Positions 30,764 to 39,918 of a DNA stretch of 64,000 nt are shown in pieces (the stretch's first letter is position 1; each line of letters opens with the position of its first letter). Both the position numbers and the translations under genes were made by a program. Below the pieces are notes generated by a model that ran no database searches, was not told the origin of the DNA, and saw nothing but the letters and a program-made list of their open reading frames with translations. The DNA is from an uncultured Fibrobacteria bacterium. Lineage in GTDB: Bacteria > Fibrobacterota > Fibrobacteria > UBA11236. The stretch spans positions 911,989-975,988 of the forward strand of contig OY970309.1 in assembly GCA_963716395.1 (NCBI GenBank), read 5' to 3'.

Positions 30764-32893
30764 CTATCCGATTTTCTTCACCAGGCGGAGTAGGGCGAAA
30801 GAACGTTCCTTGATGTGATATTTGGCCCCGATGCGCAACTTCACCGCCGGGGTTTCCGCCGACCAGGTGTCGATTTCCCTTTGCCACGCCATTCCCGCGG
30901 GAGGGCGGGGCAACGTGAAGGCATGGGGCAAATGCTTGGCATTAAAGATCATCAGAAAGGAGTCGCCGACGATGCGATTGCCTTCTGCATCGATCTCTTT
31001 CATGGCATGCCCGACCAGCCATGTTCCCAGGCACAAGACATGCGGCGCCGACCAGTCCTTGTCCGTCATCTCCCGGCCGCTGGGGTGATACCAAAGAATG
31101 TCATGGACGCCTTCGCCGCGAATGGCGCGTCCTTGAAAAAACCGGCGGCGTTGGAAGACGGGGTTGGCGCGCCAGATTTCCGTGAGCTTGAGAGTGAAGC
31201 GAAACAACTCTTCCTGATGCCGATCCCACTCCCAATTCACATAGGAAATGACGTTGTCCTGGCAATAGGCGTTGTTGTTGCCGCCTTGGGTGCGCCCCAT
31301 CTCATCGCCCTGCGAGATCATGGGCACGCCTTCGGAGAGCAGCAGGGTCGCGAGGATGTTCCGCTTTTGCCGTTCGCGCAGGGCGATGATTTCGGGAACG
31401 TCGGTGGGGCCTTCCGCGCCGCAATTCCAGGAATTGTTGTGGCTCTCTCCGTCCTGGCCGTTTTCACGGTTGGCCTGGTTGTGCTTTTCGTTATAGCTCA
31501 CCAAATCATGCAAGGTGAATCCGTCGTGGGCGGTGACGAAATTGATACTGGCATAGGGCCGCCGGCCGCTGGCTTCGTACAAATCGCTGCTGCCCGTGAT
31601 GCGGGTGGCGAATTCCGCGGCGGTCCCGCCGTCGCCTTTCCAGAAGCGGCGCACGCAATCGCGGAATTTGCCGTTCCACTCGGTCCAACCGATGGGAAAA
31701 TTACCGACCTGATAGCCGCCCTCGCCCAAATCCCAGGGCTCGGCGATCAGCTTCACCTGGGACAGCACGGGATCCTGGTGGATGATGTCGAAGAAGGCGC
31801 CGAGTTTGTCGACTTCGTGCAATTCGCGAGCCAACACCGTCGCCAAATCGAAACGGAATCCGTCGACATGCATTTCCAACACCCAATAGCGCAGGCTGTC
31901 CATGATCAATTGCAGAACATGCGGGTGGCGCATGTTCAAGGTATTGCCGCAGCCGGTGTAATCCATGTAATAGCGAGGCGACCCGTTCACGGTCCGGTAA
32001 TAGGCCGTATTGTCGATGCCGCGCAACGACAGCGTCGGGCCGAGATGGTTGCCCTCGGCGGTATGGTTGTAGACGACGTCGAGAATGACCTCGATGCCGG
32101 CCAAGTGCATGGCGCGCACCATGGTCTTGAACTCGCGCACGGTGTCGTTGGGCGAAAGGCCGCGCGCGTAGCGGGGATCGGGCGCGAAAAAGGAGAGGGA
32201 ATTGTAGCCCCAATAATTCGACAGTCCCTTTTCCGTCAGATACCGGTCATTGGAGTGGAAGTGCACCGGCATCAATTCGACGGCCGTAACACCCAGGTTC
32301 CGCAAATGATCGATGGCGGCCTCGGTCGCCAGGCCCGCATAGGTGCCGCGGCTGCCTGCGGGGATGCGCGCCTGCAAGCGCGTGAAGCCTTTGACATGCA
32401 GTTCATAGATGAAAGTTTTATGCCAGGGGGTGTTGGGCGGCCGGTCGTCGCCCCAGGTAAAGGCGGTTTCCACCACCGCGGCCAAGGGCACTTCGGACGC
32501 ATTGTCGCGGGTGTCGAAGGAGAGGTCGGCGGCCTCGTCGCCGATGCGGTAGCCGAACATGGCGTCCGACCAATCGATGACCCGGCCGATGGCTTTGGCG
32601 TAGGGATCGAGCAGCACCTTGTTGTTGTTGAAGCGCAAACCTTGCAGCGGATCATACGGCCCGTCCACACGAAAGCCGTACAACTGTCCGGGTTGAAGGC
32701 CGGTCACATAGACATGCCAAACCTGGTCGGTGGATTCTTCGATGGGAATGCGGAGCGCCTCGGATTCGGACTCCGCCGCGTCGAACAGACAGAGTTCCAC
32801 GCGGGTGGCATGCTCCGAAAACAACGAGAAATTCACGCCATGCCCGTCCCACGTGGCTCCCAGGGGATAAGGTTTTCCGGGTTTGATTTTCAT
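30764..32893 (-). CDS. glgX: Glycogen debranching enzyme GlgX/TreX
   Basis: Start MKIKPGKPYPLGATWDGHGVNFSLFS at ~32893; GH13 motifs (ILDVVYNHTAEGNHLGP). First gene of the glgX-treZ-treY operon. Confidence 0.9.
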   Translation of the reverse strand: MKIKPGKPYPLGATWDGHGVNFSLFSEHATRVELCLFDAAESESEALRIPIEESTDQVWHVYVTGLQPGQLYGFRVDGPYDPLQGLRFNNNKVLLDPYAKAIGRVIDWSDAMFGYRIGDEAADLSFDTRDNASEVPLAAVVETAFTWGDDRPPNTPWHKTFIYELHVKGFTRLQARIPAGSRGTYAGLATEAAIDHLRNLGVTAVELMPVHFHSNDRYLTEKGLSNYWGYNSLSFFAPDPRYARGLSPNDTVREFKTMVRAMHLAGIEVILDVVYNHTAEGNHLGPTLSLRGIDNTAYYRTVNGSPRYYMDYTGCGNTLNMRHPHVLQLIMDSLRYWVLEMHVDGFRFDLATVLARELHEVDKLGAFFDIIHQDPVLSQVKLIAEPWDLGEGGYQVGNFPIGWTEWNGKFRDCVRRFWKGDGGTAAEFATRITGSSDLYEASGRRPYASINFVTAHDGFTLHDLVSYNEKHNQANRENGQDGESHNNSWNCGAEGPTDVPEIIALRERQKRNILATLLLSEGVPMISQGDEMGRTQGGNNNAYCQDNVISYVNWEWDRHQEELFRFTLKLTEIWRANPVFQRRRFFQGRAIRGEGVHDILWYHPSGREMTDKDWSAPHVLCLGTWLVGHAMKEIDAEGNRIVGDSFLMIFNAKHLPHAFTLPRPPAGMAWQREIDTWSAETPAVKLRIGAKYHIKERSFALLRLVKKIG

Positions 32894-33068
32894 GCTGTGG
32901 TCCGTAGGATGCGCGAAAAACTGCTCCGGATTGAATCCGGCCTTTGGAAGTATAAAACCCGCGCCGGATTCGGAAAAAGGGTCGGCGCCATCCTGGGGCA
33001 TTTAGGCATTTTCGGCCCGTTCGCCGTTCGGCCTGCGGGGACCGGGCGGGTGCGAGCCCTTTCCGCCT

Positions 33069-34061
33069 TCAAGCCGCCGCATGCGGCGCCGAGCCTCGAA
33101 GCGCGGCCGCGCGGCCCATGCCGGCGCGCAGGAAAATCCAGCCGCCGAAAGCCGCGGCCGGAGACAGCACCAGGCGCATCCACAGCGAAGCCGCGACCCC
33201 GGCCTCGGGGCGAAAGCCGAAAAAGACGAATCCCGCGGCAAAGGCCCCCTCCGTTACTCCCAGGTTACCCACGGTGAGAGGCGCCAGGGTCGAAAGCGTG
33301 CCCAAGAGCATGATGGGCGAGGCCTGCCACACCGAAACCGCGACCCCCGCCGCCCGCCCCGCGGCCAAGGTCAAGGCCACCAAGGTGACCTGCATCATTG
33401 CCGCCCGCACCAGCAGGCCCAGGCGCCGGCGGCCATCGCCCCAGATCTCTTTTCCCGCGGCCTGGAACTCCTGGGCGTCGCGGCCCGAACCCGGCAAATC
33501 GCGGCCGCCCAGGCGGCGCATCCAACCCGCCAAGGAAGGCAGGAGGCGCCGCAGAATCCAAGGTAACGCGAAGGTTCCCACCGCCGCCAACGCCGCACCC
33601 GCGGCCAGCATGCGCAAGGTTCCCCGCGCCGACACACCCAGCAGCACGGCCAACGAAACCAAGGTCGCCGTCCATTGCACGTAAAAGCCGCTGAGGCGAT
33701 CGAGCCAGACCGCAGCCGCCGAACGGCCCACGCTGCCGGTATGGGGCGTCATCCAGAGTACGCGCAGGGCTTCGCCGCCCAGCCCGCCGGGCAGAAATTG
33801 ATTGGCGAACACCTTGACGCAATTGATGCGCAGTTGCAGCCGCACCGTGGTGCGGCCCGCCGTAAGCCAGGCGGTTTTCCAGGAAGAGACGAGCAGTTCG
33901 GCGGCAAAGGCCAGGGCCGCGGCCGCCACCCACACCGGCGAAGCCGATCGCAGCACGTGCGCGAGCTCGCGATGATCCAGGGGCAGCCACAAGAGCGGCA
34001 CCACCAGCAAGGTCAACAGAATCCGCGCCGCGCGGCGCACGGTGACGCGGCTCGTCTTCAT
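33069..34061 (-). CDS. Flippase-like / lysylphosphatidylglycerol-synthase TM-domain (UPF0104) membrane protein
   Basis: 330 aa, ~8 TM. Pattern (…FANQFLPGGLGGEALRVLWM…) as in UPF0104/LPG_synthase_TM proteins that accompany GT2 enzymes. Confidence 0.55.
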   Translation of the reverse strand: MKTSRVTVRRAARILLTLLVVPLLWLPLDHRELAHVLRSASPVWVAAAALAFAAELLVSSWKTAWLTAGRTTVRLQLRINCVKVFANQFLPGGLGGEALRVLWMTPHTGSVGRSAAAVWLDRLSGFYVQWTATLVSLAVLLGVSARGTLRMLAAGAALAAVGTFALPWILRRLLPSLAGWMRRLGGRDLPGSGRDAQEFQAAGKEIWGDGRRRLGLLVRAAMMQVTLVALTLAAGRAAGVAVSVWQASPIMLLGTLSTLAPLTVGNLGVTEGAFAAGFVFFGFRPEAGVAASLWMRLVLSPAAAFGGWIFLRAGMGRAAALRGSAPHAAA

Positions 34062-35044
34062 GGGGGCGCGGATTGCGGCGCCAGCGCACGCGCGGCTTCG
34101 ATCAAGGTGGCAGCCTGATACCCATGTTCCAGAGCCCAGCGGCCGATGCCTTCAAGACGGGCGAAGAACGCATCGCATTCCGCGGCGTCGCTGGTATAGG
34201 GCGATGCCCCCGGCCAGAATTCATTCGAATGACACATGGCCTGCAGATAGCCGGCCGGCGCCAGGGAGGCCCCTACGCGGCGCATGGCGTTCAAACTGCT
34301 GAAGGCCGGACGCAGCCACACCGGCGCGTCGGGCCGCATCTGCCGCCAGATCGACACCAGCGGCATGCGCCGCGAATATAAAGGCATCGTCGAGAGCGAA
34401 GCCAACTTGCCGGTTTCGAGCCAGCGCGGCAGGCGCCGCGGCGCGTAAATGGAAACCGGAATCTCCACCAGCGGCGTGTCGCCCGGTTCGCAGGGATCGG
34501 ATTCGCTCAGCGCATAGATCCGCGCCGGCGCACGCAAATACGAAGGCCGGGCGTTCGCCAGCCAGGAAATTCCGGGCGTCACGGTTGAATCGACAACGTA
34601 ACCGTGTGCGCGCAAGAGGCCCAAGACACGCGCATCCAAAGTCCAGGCGCCGCCGCGAAAACTGCGGGGCGGCCCATAGTGATGCGTCAGGATTTCGTGC
34701 AAGCGGGCGAACTTTTCCGGCAGCACGTCGTCGGGAACGCGCGCCAGATTGTCGCGGGCCACTGCATCCCAAGGTCCGAACGGCGGCGTGTCGGCGGGAT
34801 GGAAATGCGCGCCGATTTCACTGCGCGCCTCCAACCCCGTCTCCGCCAGCAAACGCCGGAATTCGGGGTGGGCGGCCACCGAATAGGTCACGAGCAAGGT
34901 CGGCCGCAACTCCAGGACGCGGGCCACTTCCGCGAAACGTCGCAGCCCTTGCAAGCTCTCGAAGTGGAAGGGAACGCGATGCGACAGGCCTTGCCAGGCC
35001 ACGTCGTCGGGCTCGGCGTCCACGGTGAGGAGAAACGGCCGCAT
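34058..35044 (-). CDS. Polysaccharide-deacetylase-like (CE4 superfamily) protein
   Basis: 328 aa starting MRPFLLTVDAEPDD. Overall pattern of NodB-like/WalW-type deacetylases. Assignment is tentative. Confidence 0.45.
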   Translation of the reverse strand: MRPFLLTVDAEPDDVAWQGLSHRVPFHFESLQGLRRFAEVARVLELRPTLLVTYSVAAHPEFRRLLAETGLEARSEIGAHFHPADTPPFGPWDAVARDNLARVPDDVLPEKFARLHEILTHHYGPPRSFRGGAWTLDARVLGLLRAHGYVVDSTVTPGISWLANARPSYLRAPARIYALSESDPCEPGDTPLVEIPVSIYAPRRLPRWLETGKLASLSTMPLYSRRMPLVSIWRQMRPDAPVWLRPAFSSLNAMRRVGASLAPAGYLQAMCHSNEFWPGASPYTSDAAECDAFFARLEGIGRWALEHGYQAATLIEAARALAPQSAPP

Positions 35045-35053
35045 GCGCGCGCT

Positions 35054-35890
35054 TCAATTCCGCAGGCGGATGGCTTCGGCCAGCATGCCGATGGCGAACA
35101 GGATGAAGGCGTTGGTGAGCAGCAGCAAGGTGCCCTGCGCCAAATCGGCGGCGATCAAATCGCGCACCAGAAAACCCAGGCCGAACAAGGCCATGACGCC
35201 GCAGGCGGGCAAAAAGAACTTCAGCGGGTTGAAGAGCACCATGGTGCGCAAAAGCAGCAAGGTGAAATTGAACAGCGCCGACACTGGTTTGATTTTCGAG
35301 ACCCCGGTGCGCCGGGCATAGGCGACAGGGAGGTACCGCACGCGATACATGGCGTACAGCGCGCCCACCGTGATGGTGCTGGTCAGCGAAAAACCGTTGG
35401 GTAAAAGATGGAGAAGGCGCAGGGCCAGGTCGCGGCGAAAAACGCGCAGGCCCGAGTTGATGTCGGGGATGGGATAGTCCACGGCATAGGAAGCCGTGGA
35501 TTGCAGAAATCCCTTGGCCAGACGCCGCAGACCACGCTCGCGTGGTCGCTGGCCCACGGCCATGTCGCATTCGCCCAGATGCGCGCACAGGCGGGGAATG
35601 TCTTCGGGATCATAGGTGCCGTCGGCGTCGATGATGGCCAGATAGTCGGAAGTACTGTGCAGAATGCCGGTTTTGATGGCCCCGCCGTAGCCGCGGTTGC
35701 GGTCCAGCGAAATCACTTCGGCGCCGAGGTCGCGCAGCACCGCGTCGGACCCGTCGGTAGAGGCGTCGTTGACATATAAAATCCGGCATGGCTGGATGTC
35801 ACAGTGCGTCAAGGCCGCCTGCAGGCGCGCATGAAAATCGGGCAGCGCCGCGCGCTCGTTATACACGGGCACGATCACGGTGAGGCTCAT
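35054..35890 (-). CDS. GT2 family glycosyltransferase (polyprenyl-phosphate sugar transferase-like)
   Basis: Start MSLTVIVPVYNERAALPDF... at ~35890; a DAD/DxD motif (IIDADGTYDPEDI); C-terminal TM helices. Confidence 0.8.
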   Translation of the reverse strand: MSLTVIVPVYNERAALPDFHARLQAALTHCDIQPCRILYVNDASTDGSDAVLRDLGAEVISLDRNRGYGGAIKTGILHSTSDYLAIIDADGTYDPEDIPRLCAHLGECDMAVGQRPRERGLRRLAKGFLQSTASYAVDYPIPDINSGLRVFRRDLALRLLHLLPNGFSLTSTITVGALYAMYRVRYLPVAYARRTGVSKIKPVSALFNFTLLLLRTMVLFNPLKFFLPACGVMALFGLGFLVRDLIAADLAQGTLLLLTNAFILFAIGMLAEAIRLRN

Positions 35891-37050
35891 GCCGCGGCTC
35901 CGGCCGCAACCGGCATTCCCGACACCCCGAAGGCGCGCCAAGCCTCCAGCGCGCACTCCGCGTTGCGCGCCGGCGTGAAGGCGGCGGCGTCGCGGCGCGC
36001 CTGGTCGCCGAGGCGGCGGCGCAGGTCCGGGTCGATCCACAGACGAAGCATGGCGTGGGCCAAGGCCCCGGGGTCGCCCGGGCGCACCAGAATTCCATTG
36101 GATTCGTGGCCCACGAACTCGCGCACGCCGGGAACGTCGCCGGCCACAGCCGGCACGCCGAAGCGGGCCGCCTCCAACAGCAAGGTCGAAAAGCCTTCAA
36201 TGCGCGAGGTGAGCACGACGGCATACGCGCCGCCCAGGGCTTCGACCATCAAGTCGGCGGCCAGCGGCGGCTCCAGCGCCAAAACATCCGCCAGCGGACT
36301 CGACACGCGCAATACGGATCGGCGCAGCGAACCGTCTCCCGCCATGCGCACCCGGGGAGGGGGCGAAGTCAAATTTTTAAGAATTGCGACGGATTGAACA
36401 AATAACAACGGCGCTTTGACCGGTTCCAGCCTTCCGGCCCACAAAAAATACGGCGCCGAAGGCGCGGCGGCGGGAAACCGGGACGCCATCTCTTCCGCCG
36501 GACAGGGAGGCAGAATGCGCGGATGCGGCGGCCTTCCGGCTTTTTCGGCCATGGTCAGTAAATCCTGAGACACAAAAAAATTTCCCTGCGTGCCGCGGAA
36601 CAGCCAACGCAAATACCACCGTATCGGCCCGTTGGGGCCGTTCGCTTTTCCGCCGTGCACGTCGGAGCCATGGTACCACACCCAATGCGGCACATCCCAG
36701 CGCCGGCTGAGACGAACGCCCGCCCATCCCGCGGGAAAGGCCATGGCCGAAAAGACGGCGGCCGGCGGATGCCGTACCCGCCGGCATTGGATCTGCACGG
36801 CCGCTGCATAGCGCAGCAGCCGCAGTGAATTGGTTTCAAACATGGCGCGCCGCCCGAGGTCGAAACGAAGGACGGGAAAAGGAAACTCCGGAGCGGATAC
36901 GCCCGCCGGAGTGGCAGCCGTCCAAATTTCAAAGCGCAATCCCCGACGCCAAAGCTCGCAACATAAAGAATACAGGTTACGACCGCACCCTCCGCCCACG
37001 GGCGGAAATTCGTGGCATAACATCAAAAGCCAAGGCGCGCTGGCGGACAT
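35887..37050 (-). CDS. GT4 (GT-B fold) glycosyltransferase
   Basis: Start MSASAPWLLMLCHEFPPVGGG at ~37050; C-terminal EGFSTLLLEAARFGVPAVAGDVPGVREFV (E-x7-E region). Confidence 0.75.
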   Translation of the reverse strand: MSASAPWLLMLCHEFPPVGGGCGRNLYSLCCELWRRGLRFEIWTAATPAGVSAPEFPFPVLRFDLGRRAMFETNSLRLLRYAAAVQIQCRRVRHPPAAVFSAMAFPAGWAGVRLSRRWDVPHWVWYHGSDVHGGKANGPNGPIRWYLRWLFRGTQGNFFVSQDLLTMAEKAGRPPHPRILPPCPAEEMASRFPAAAPSAPYFLWAGRLEPVKAPLLFVQSVAILKNLTSPPPRVRMAGDGSLRRSVLRVSSPLADVLALEPPLAADLMVEALGGAYAVVLTSRIEGFSTLLLEAARFGVPAVAGDVPGVREFVGHESNGILVRPGDPGALAHAMLRLWIDPDLRRRLGDQARRDAAAFTPARNAECALEAWRAFGVSGMPVAAGAAA

Positions 37051-37145
37051 GCGACTTATTTTCGCATTTTCCCAGCGGACAAACCGAAATCGCCGGGTTC
37101 GCACCAGCCGGAGTCCATGACGGCTTCTATTTTTGCCCCTTCATC

Positions 37146-38513
37146 ATGCGCCTCGCATCGCTCAGCCTCCCCCGCAAAGCCACCCTTCTGTCGGCACTCA
37201 CCGCCTTGGGTCTGGTGGCGGGAAAGTTCGCGGTGGGATGGTTTTCGGGCTCCGTAGCCGTGTTGGCTTCGGCGGCCGATTCCTTTCTCGATTTTATGGT
37301 TTCGACCTTCAATGCCGTGGCCGTGCGCAGTGCGGAAAAACCCGGCGACGAAATGTACAACTACGGCCGGGGCAAGATGGAAGGCCTGGCCGCGGCGCTG
37401 GAAGGCCTTTGCATTCTCGCTTCGGCGGCCTGGATCGCGCGCGAAGCCTTTATAAAACTGTTGCATCCCCGCCCCCTGTCGCCCGCGGGCCTGGGCTGGG
37501 CCATGGCCGCCATGGCGGTTTCGCTGGCGATTACCATGGCGCTGGTGATCTATTTACAGCGCGTCTCGCGCGCTAGCGGCAACCTGGTGATCGAAGCCGA
37601 CGCCCTGCATTACCGCACCGATTTGGTTTCCAACGCCGCCGTGTTGGGAGCCATGCTCGCCATCCGTTTCACCGGCTTGAATGCCATCGATCCCCTGCTG
37701 GCCCTGGCGGTGGCCGTCTACATCGCCCAGGCTTCCCTGCCGCTTTTGCGCAAGGGGCTCAATATGCTGCTCGATCGCGCCTTGCCCGATCCCCTGGTGC
37801 TGCGCATTCGCGAAACGGCGGCCCGCCATTCGCCCCTGGTGAACGGCGTGCACGAACTCAAAACCCGCCGCTCCGGCGAAACCAACTTCGTCGAATTCCA
37901 TCTGGTTTTCGACGAACAGATCGCCCTGGGCCTGGCCCATCGCATCGCCGACGAAATCGAAATGCGCATTCGCGAATTGGATCGCGCGACCTGGGTGATC
38001 AATATCCATCTCGACCCGGTCGACGACTCCAAACGCGATCAGCGGCTGTCGGCCCCCCGGCCTTCTTCGGGCTTGTTGCTGTTCGTCCTCCTGTTGGGAG
38101 CGGCGGCCGTGGCGCACGCCGGAGCGGCGACCACGCCCGTGGGCCGCTGGAAAACCTTCGACGACAAAACCGGTTTGGCCAAATCCATCGTATCGATTTA
38201 TTCCGTCGACGGCGCGCTGGCCATCCGCGTCGATTCGCTGCTCCCCCCGCCTGGCCGGGGGGCCGACCAGAATAAACTTTGTGATCGCTGTCCGGGCGAA
38301 CGCAAAAACCAGCGCATCCGGGGCATGGTGGTGGGCTGGGGCCTGCGTCCCGACGGCAATACCTGGGATGGTGGGCGTATTCTCGATCCGACGAACGGAA
38401 AAATCTACCGCTGCCTTCTGCGCCTGGGGCCGGCCGGACGCACCTTGCTGGTCCGCGGCTATTTGGGAATTTCGCTGCTGGGCCGCTCGCAAACCTGGCA
38501 ACGGATCGAGTAA
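37146..38513 (+). CDS. Cation-diffusion-facilitator transporter fused in-frame to a DUF2147 periplasmic domain
   Basis: CDF core (…SAADSFLDFMVS…HYRTDLVSN…HLDPVDD). Then with no stop: a signal-peptide-like segment (LLLFVLLLGAAAVAHA) and DUF2147 motifs (GRWKTFDDKTGLAKSIV…WDGGRILDPTNGKIYRCLL…VRGYLG). Confidence 0.7.
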   Translation: MRLASLSLPRKATLLSALTALGLVAGKFAVGWFSGSVAVLASAADSFLDFMVSTFNAVAVRSAEKPGDEMYNYGRGKMEGLAAALEGLCILASAAWIAREAFIKLLHPRPLSPAGLGWAMAAMAVSLAITMALVIYLQRVSRASGNLVIEADALHYRTDLVSNAAVLGAMLAIRFTGLNAIDPLLALAVAVYIAQASLPLLRKGLNMLLDRALPDPLVLRIRETAARHSPLVNGVHELKTRRSGETNFVEFHLVFDEQIALGLAHRIADEIEMRIRELDRATWVINIHLDPVDDSKRDQRLSAPRPSSGLLLFVLLLGAAAVAHAGAATTPVGRWKTFDDKTGLAKSIVSIYSVDGALAIRVDSLLPPPGRGADQNKLCDRCPGERKNQRIRGMVVGWGLRPDGNTWDGGRILDPTNGKIYRCLLRLGPAGRTLLVRGYLGISLLGRSQTWQRIE

Positions 38514-38519
38514 AGCGGG

Positions 38520-38933
38520 CTATTTCTTTTCCGGCGGCTTGGGCGCCGTCTTCTTCGCCGCGCTGTCGTCGTCATGACCCTGCCAGGCGCAATGCTCCGG
38601 CCCCATGTCCTCGTCGCCCTTTCCCATGTCCTCTTCTTTGGCGCAAGGCAACTCTTCGCTCTTTTTGAGATTGAGATTCTTGTCGTAGCGGTAGAGATGC
38701 ATGCCGCACAGCACGATGACGCCCCCGTCGGCGGTGGCCACCATTTGCGGGCCCCGCAGGTCGATGGGGCACGCGGGCCCCATCATGGGGTGACCCATCA
38801 TGGCGTGGTGCTCCCACATCTTATGATGGGCGGCATGCATGGGAGCGGACGAATCGGCGGCGGGAGGATTGGCGCCAGCCAACGGGGCGCAGAACAGGGC
38901 GGCGGCGAGGAAGACGAAATTTTGGGATCGCAT
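38520..38933 (-). CDS. Secreted His/Met-rich putative metal-binding protein
   Basis: Signal peptide (MRSQNFVFLAAALFCAPLAGA), then MHAAHHKMWEHHAMMGHPMMGP, an acidic segment EEDMGKGDEDMGPEHC, and a Lys-rich tail. Confidence 0.5.
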   Translation of the reverse strand: MRSQNFVFLAAALFCAPLAGANPPAADSSAPMHAAHHKMWEHHAMMGHPMMGPACPIDLRGPQMVATADGGVIVLCGMHLYRYDKNLNLKKSEELPCAKEEDMGKGDEDMGPEHCAWQGHDDDSAAKKTAPKPPEKK

Positions 38934-39021
38934 GCGAATTCCTTTCGAAGAGATGCTGGTCGACGACACCTCTGAAAATTACAAGGGGCGCGCGCCAAAG
39001 TCATGCCGCGTCCAGCCGCGT

Positions 39022-39864
39022 TTAGCGAAAGTGATATTCGGGGTTGTTCTCCGAAAACGCGTCGGACGGCAGCGGCGGATTCAATTCCAAAAAGTGGTAT
39101 TCATACCGTTCGAACAACCCGTGGCCATCCGACACGCTTTCCATGACCGGCAGGGACGTGGCGCGATCGACGCACACCTCGAGGCGCGGGGCATAGGCCG
39201 TGGGGACGAGGAGGCGGCGGCCGGCCGGAATTTCCGCCAAAGGTTTAAGGCCGGGATTCTCGCCCAGAATCCGGAAGGCGGAAAGCTGAAAACTTTTTGC
39301 GATATCCAGCACGCTTTCCGGCTTTTCCACGGGAAGCGTGTCCTCGCCGAAAGCGGAATCGATCAGGGCGATGCGGTCGCACGGGCGACCGTCGAGACTG
39401 TCGAGGCCGAGGTTGCGCACCTGGTACAGCCCCTCTCGCAAACCCGCGGCCACGATGGCGGCGATGTATCCCGGCTGTACGTCGAACAGGGGGTGATGCC
39501 CGGTCCACAATGCGGATCCGTAAGGATCGAGCTTGACGGTAAAAAAGGGGAACCCGCGCGGATGCACCAGGGCCTTGCCGCCGAACCGGCCCGCATCCCA
39601 CAGAACTTCGACGCCGCTTTTGGGCGCGATGATTTTGGCATACAGGCGCAAGGGATGCAGCGCCAACGTCACGGTTTCATCACCCCGGTGCGTCTGGGTG
39701 CCCTCCCGTTCGCAATCGCGCAATTCGAAGCGCAAATCACGCACCTGCGGCACGGCACGCAGCATGGTCTGCAAAATTTTGACCGCCGTCGAATCCCCGG
39801 CGCCCTGGGCGGACAACACGCCCAGCAGCCCGAAACCGGCCATTAGCAATCGGCGCGGCTTCAC
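39022..39864 (-). CDS. Secreted hypothetical protein (signal peptide; unknown fold)
   Basis: 280 aa; MKPRRLLMAGFGLLGVLSAQGAG signal peptide. No recognisable motifs. Confidence 0.45.
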   Translation of the reverse strand: MKPRRLLMAGFGLLGVLSAQGAGDSTAVKILQTMLRAVPQVRDLRFELRDCEREGTQTHRGDETVTLALHPLRLYAKIIAPKSGVEVLWDAGRFGGKALVHPRGFPFFTVKLDPYGSALWTGHHPLFDVQPGYIAAIVAAGLREGLYQVRNLGLDSLDGRPCDRIALIDSAFGEDTLPVEKPESVLDIAKSFQLSAFRILGENPGLKPLAEIPAGRRLLVPTAYAPRLEVCVDRATSLPVMESVSDGHGLFERYEYHFLELNPPLPSDAFSENNPEYHFR

Positions 39865-39918
39865 GGGTTCCTCATCTCCCCGGCGGGCGACGTGGGCCGC
39901 AGGGCCGGGGCAACATGG

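Noticed and set aside
36825-37145. N-terminal 107-aa extension of the CDF ORF (and overlapping ORF 36830..37120)
   Set aside because: It overlaps the divergent GT4 gene's 5' region. Its translation is Arg/Lys-rich with no TM segments. The CDF family N-terminus starts at MRLASLSLPRK (~37146).
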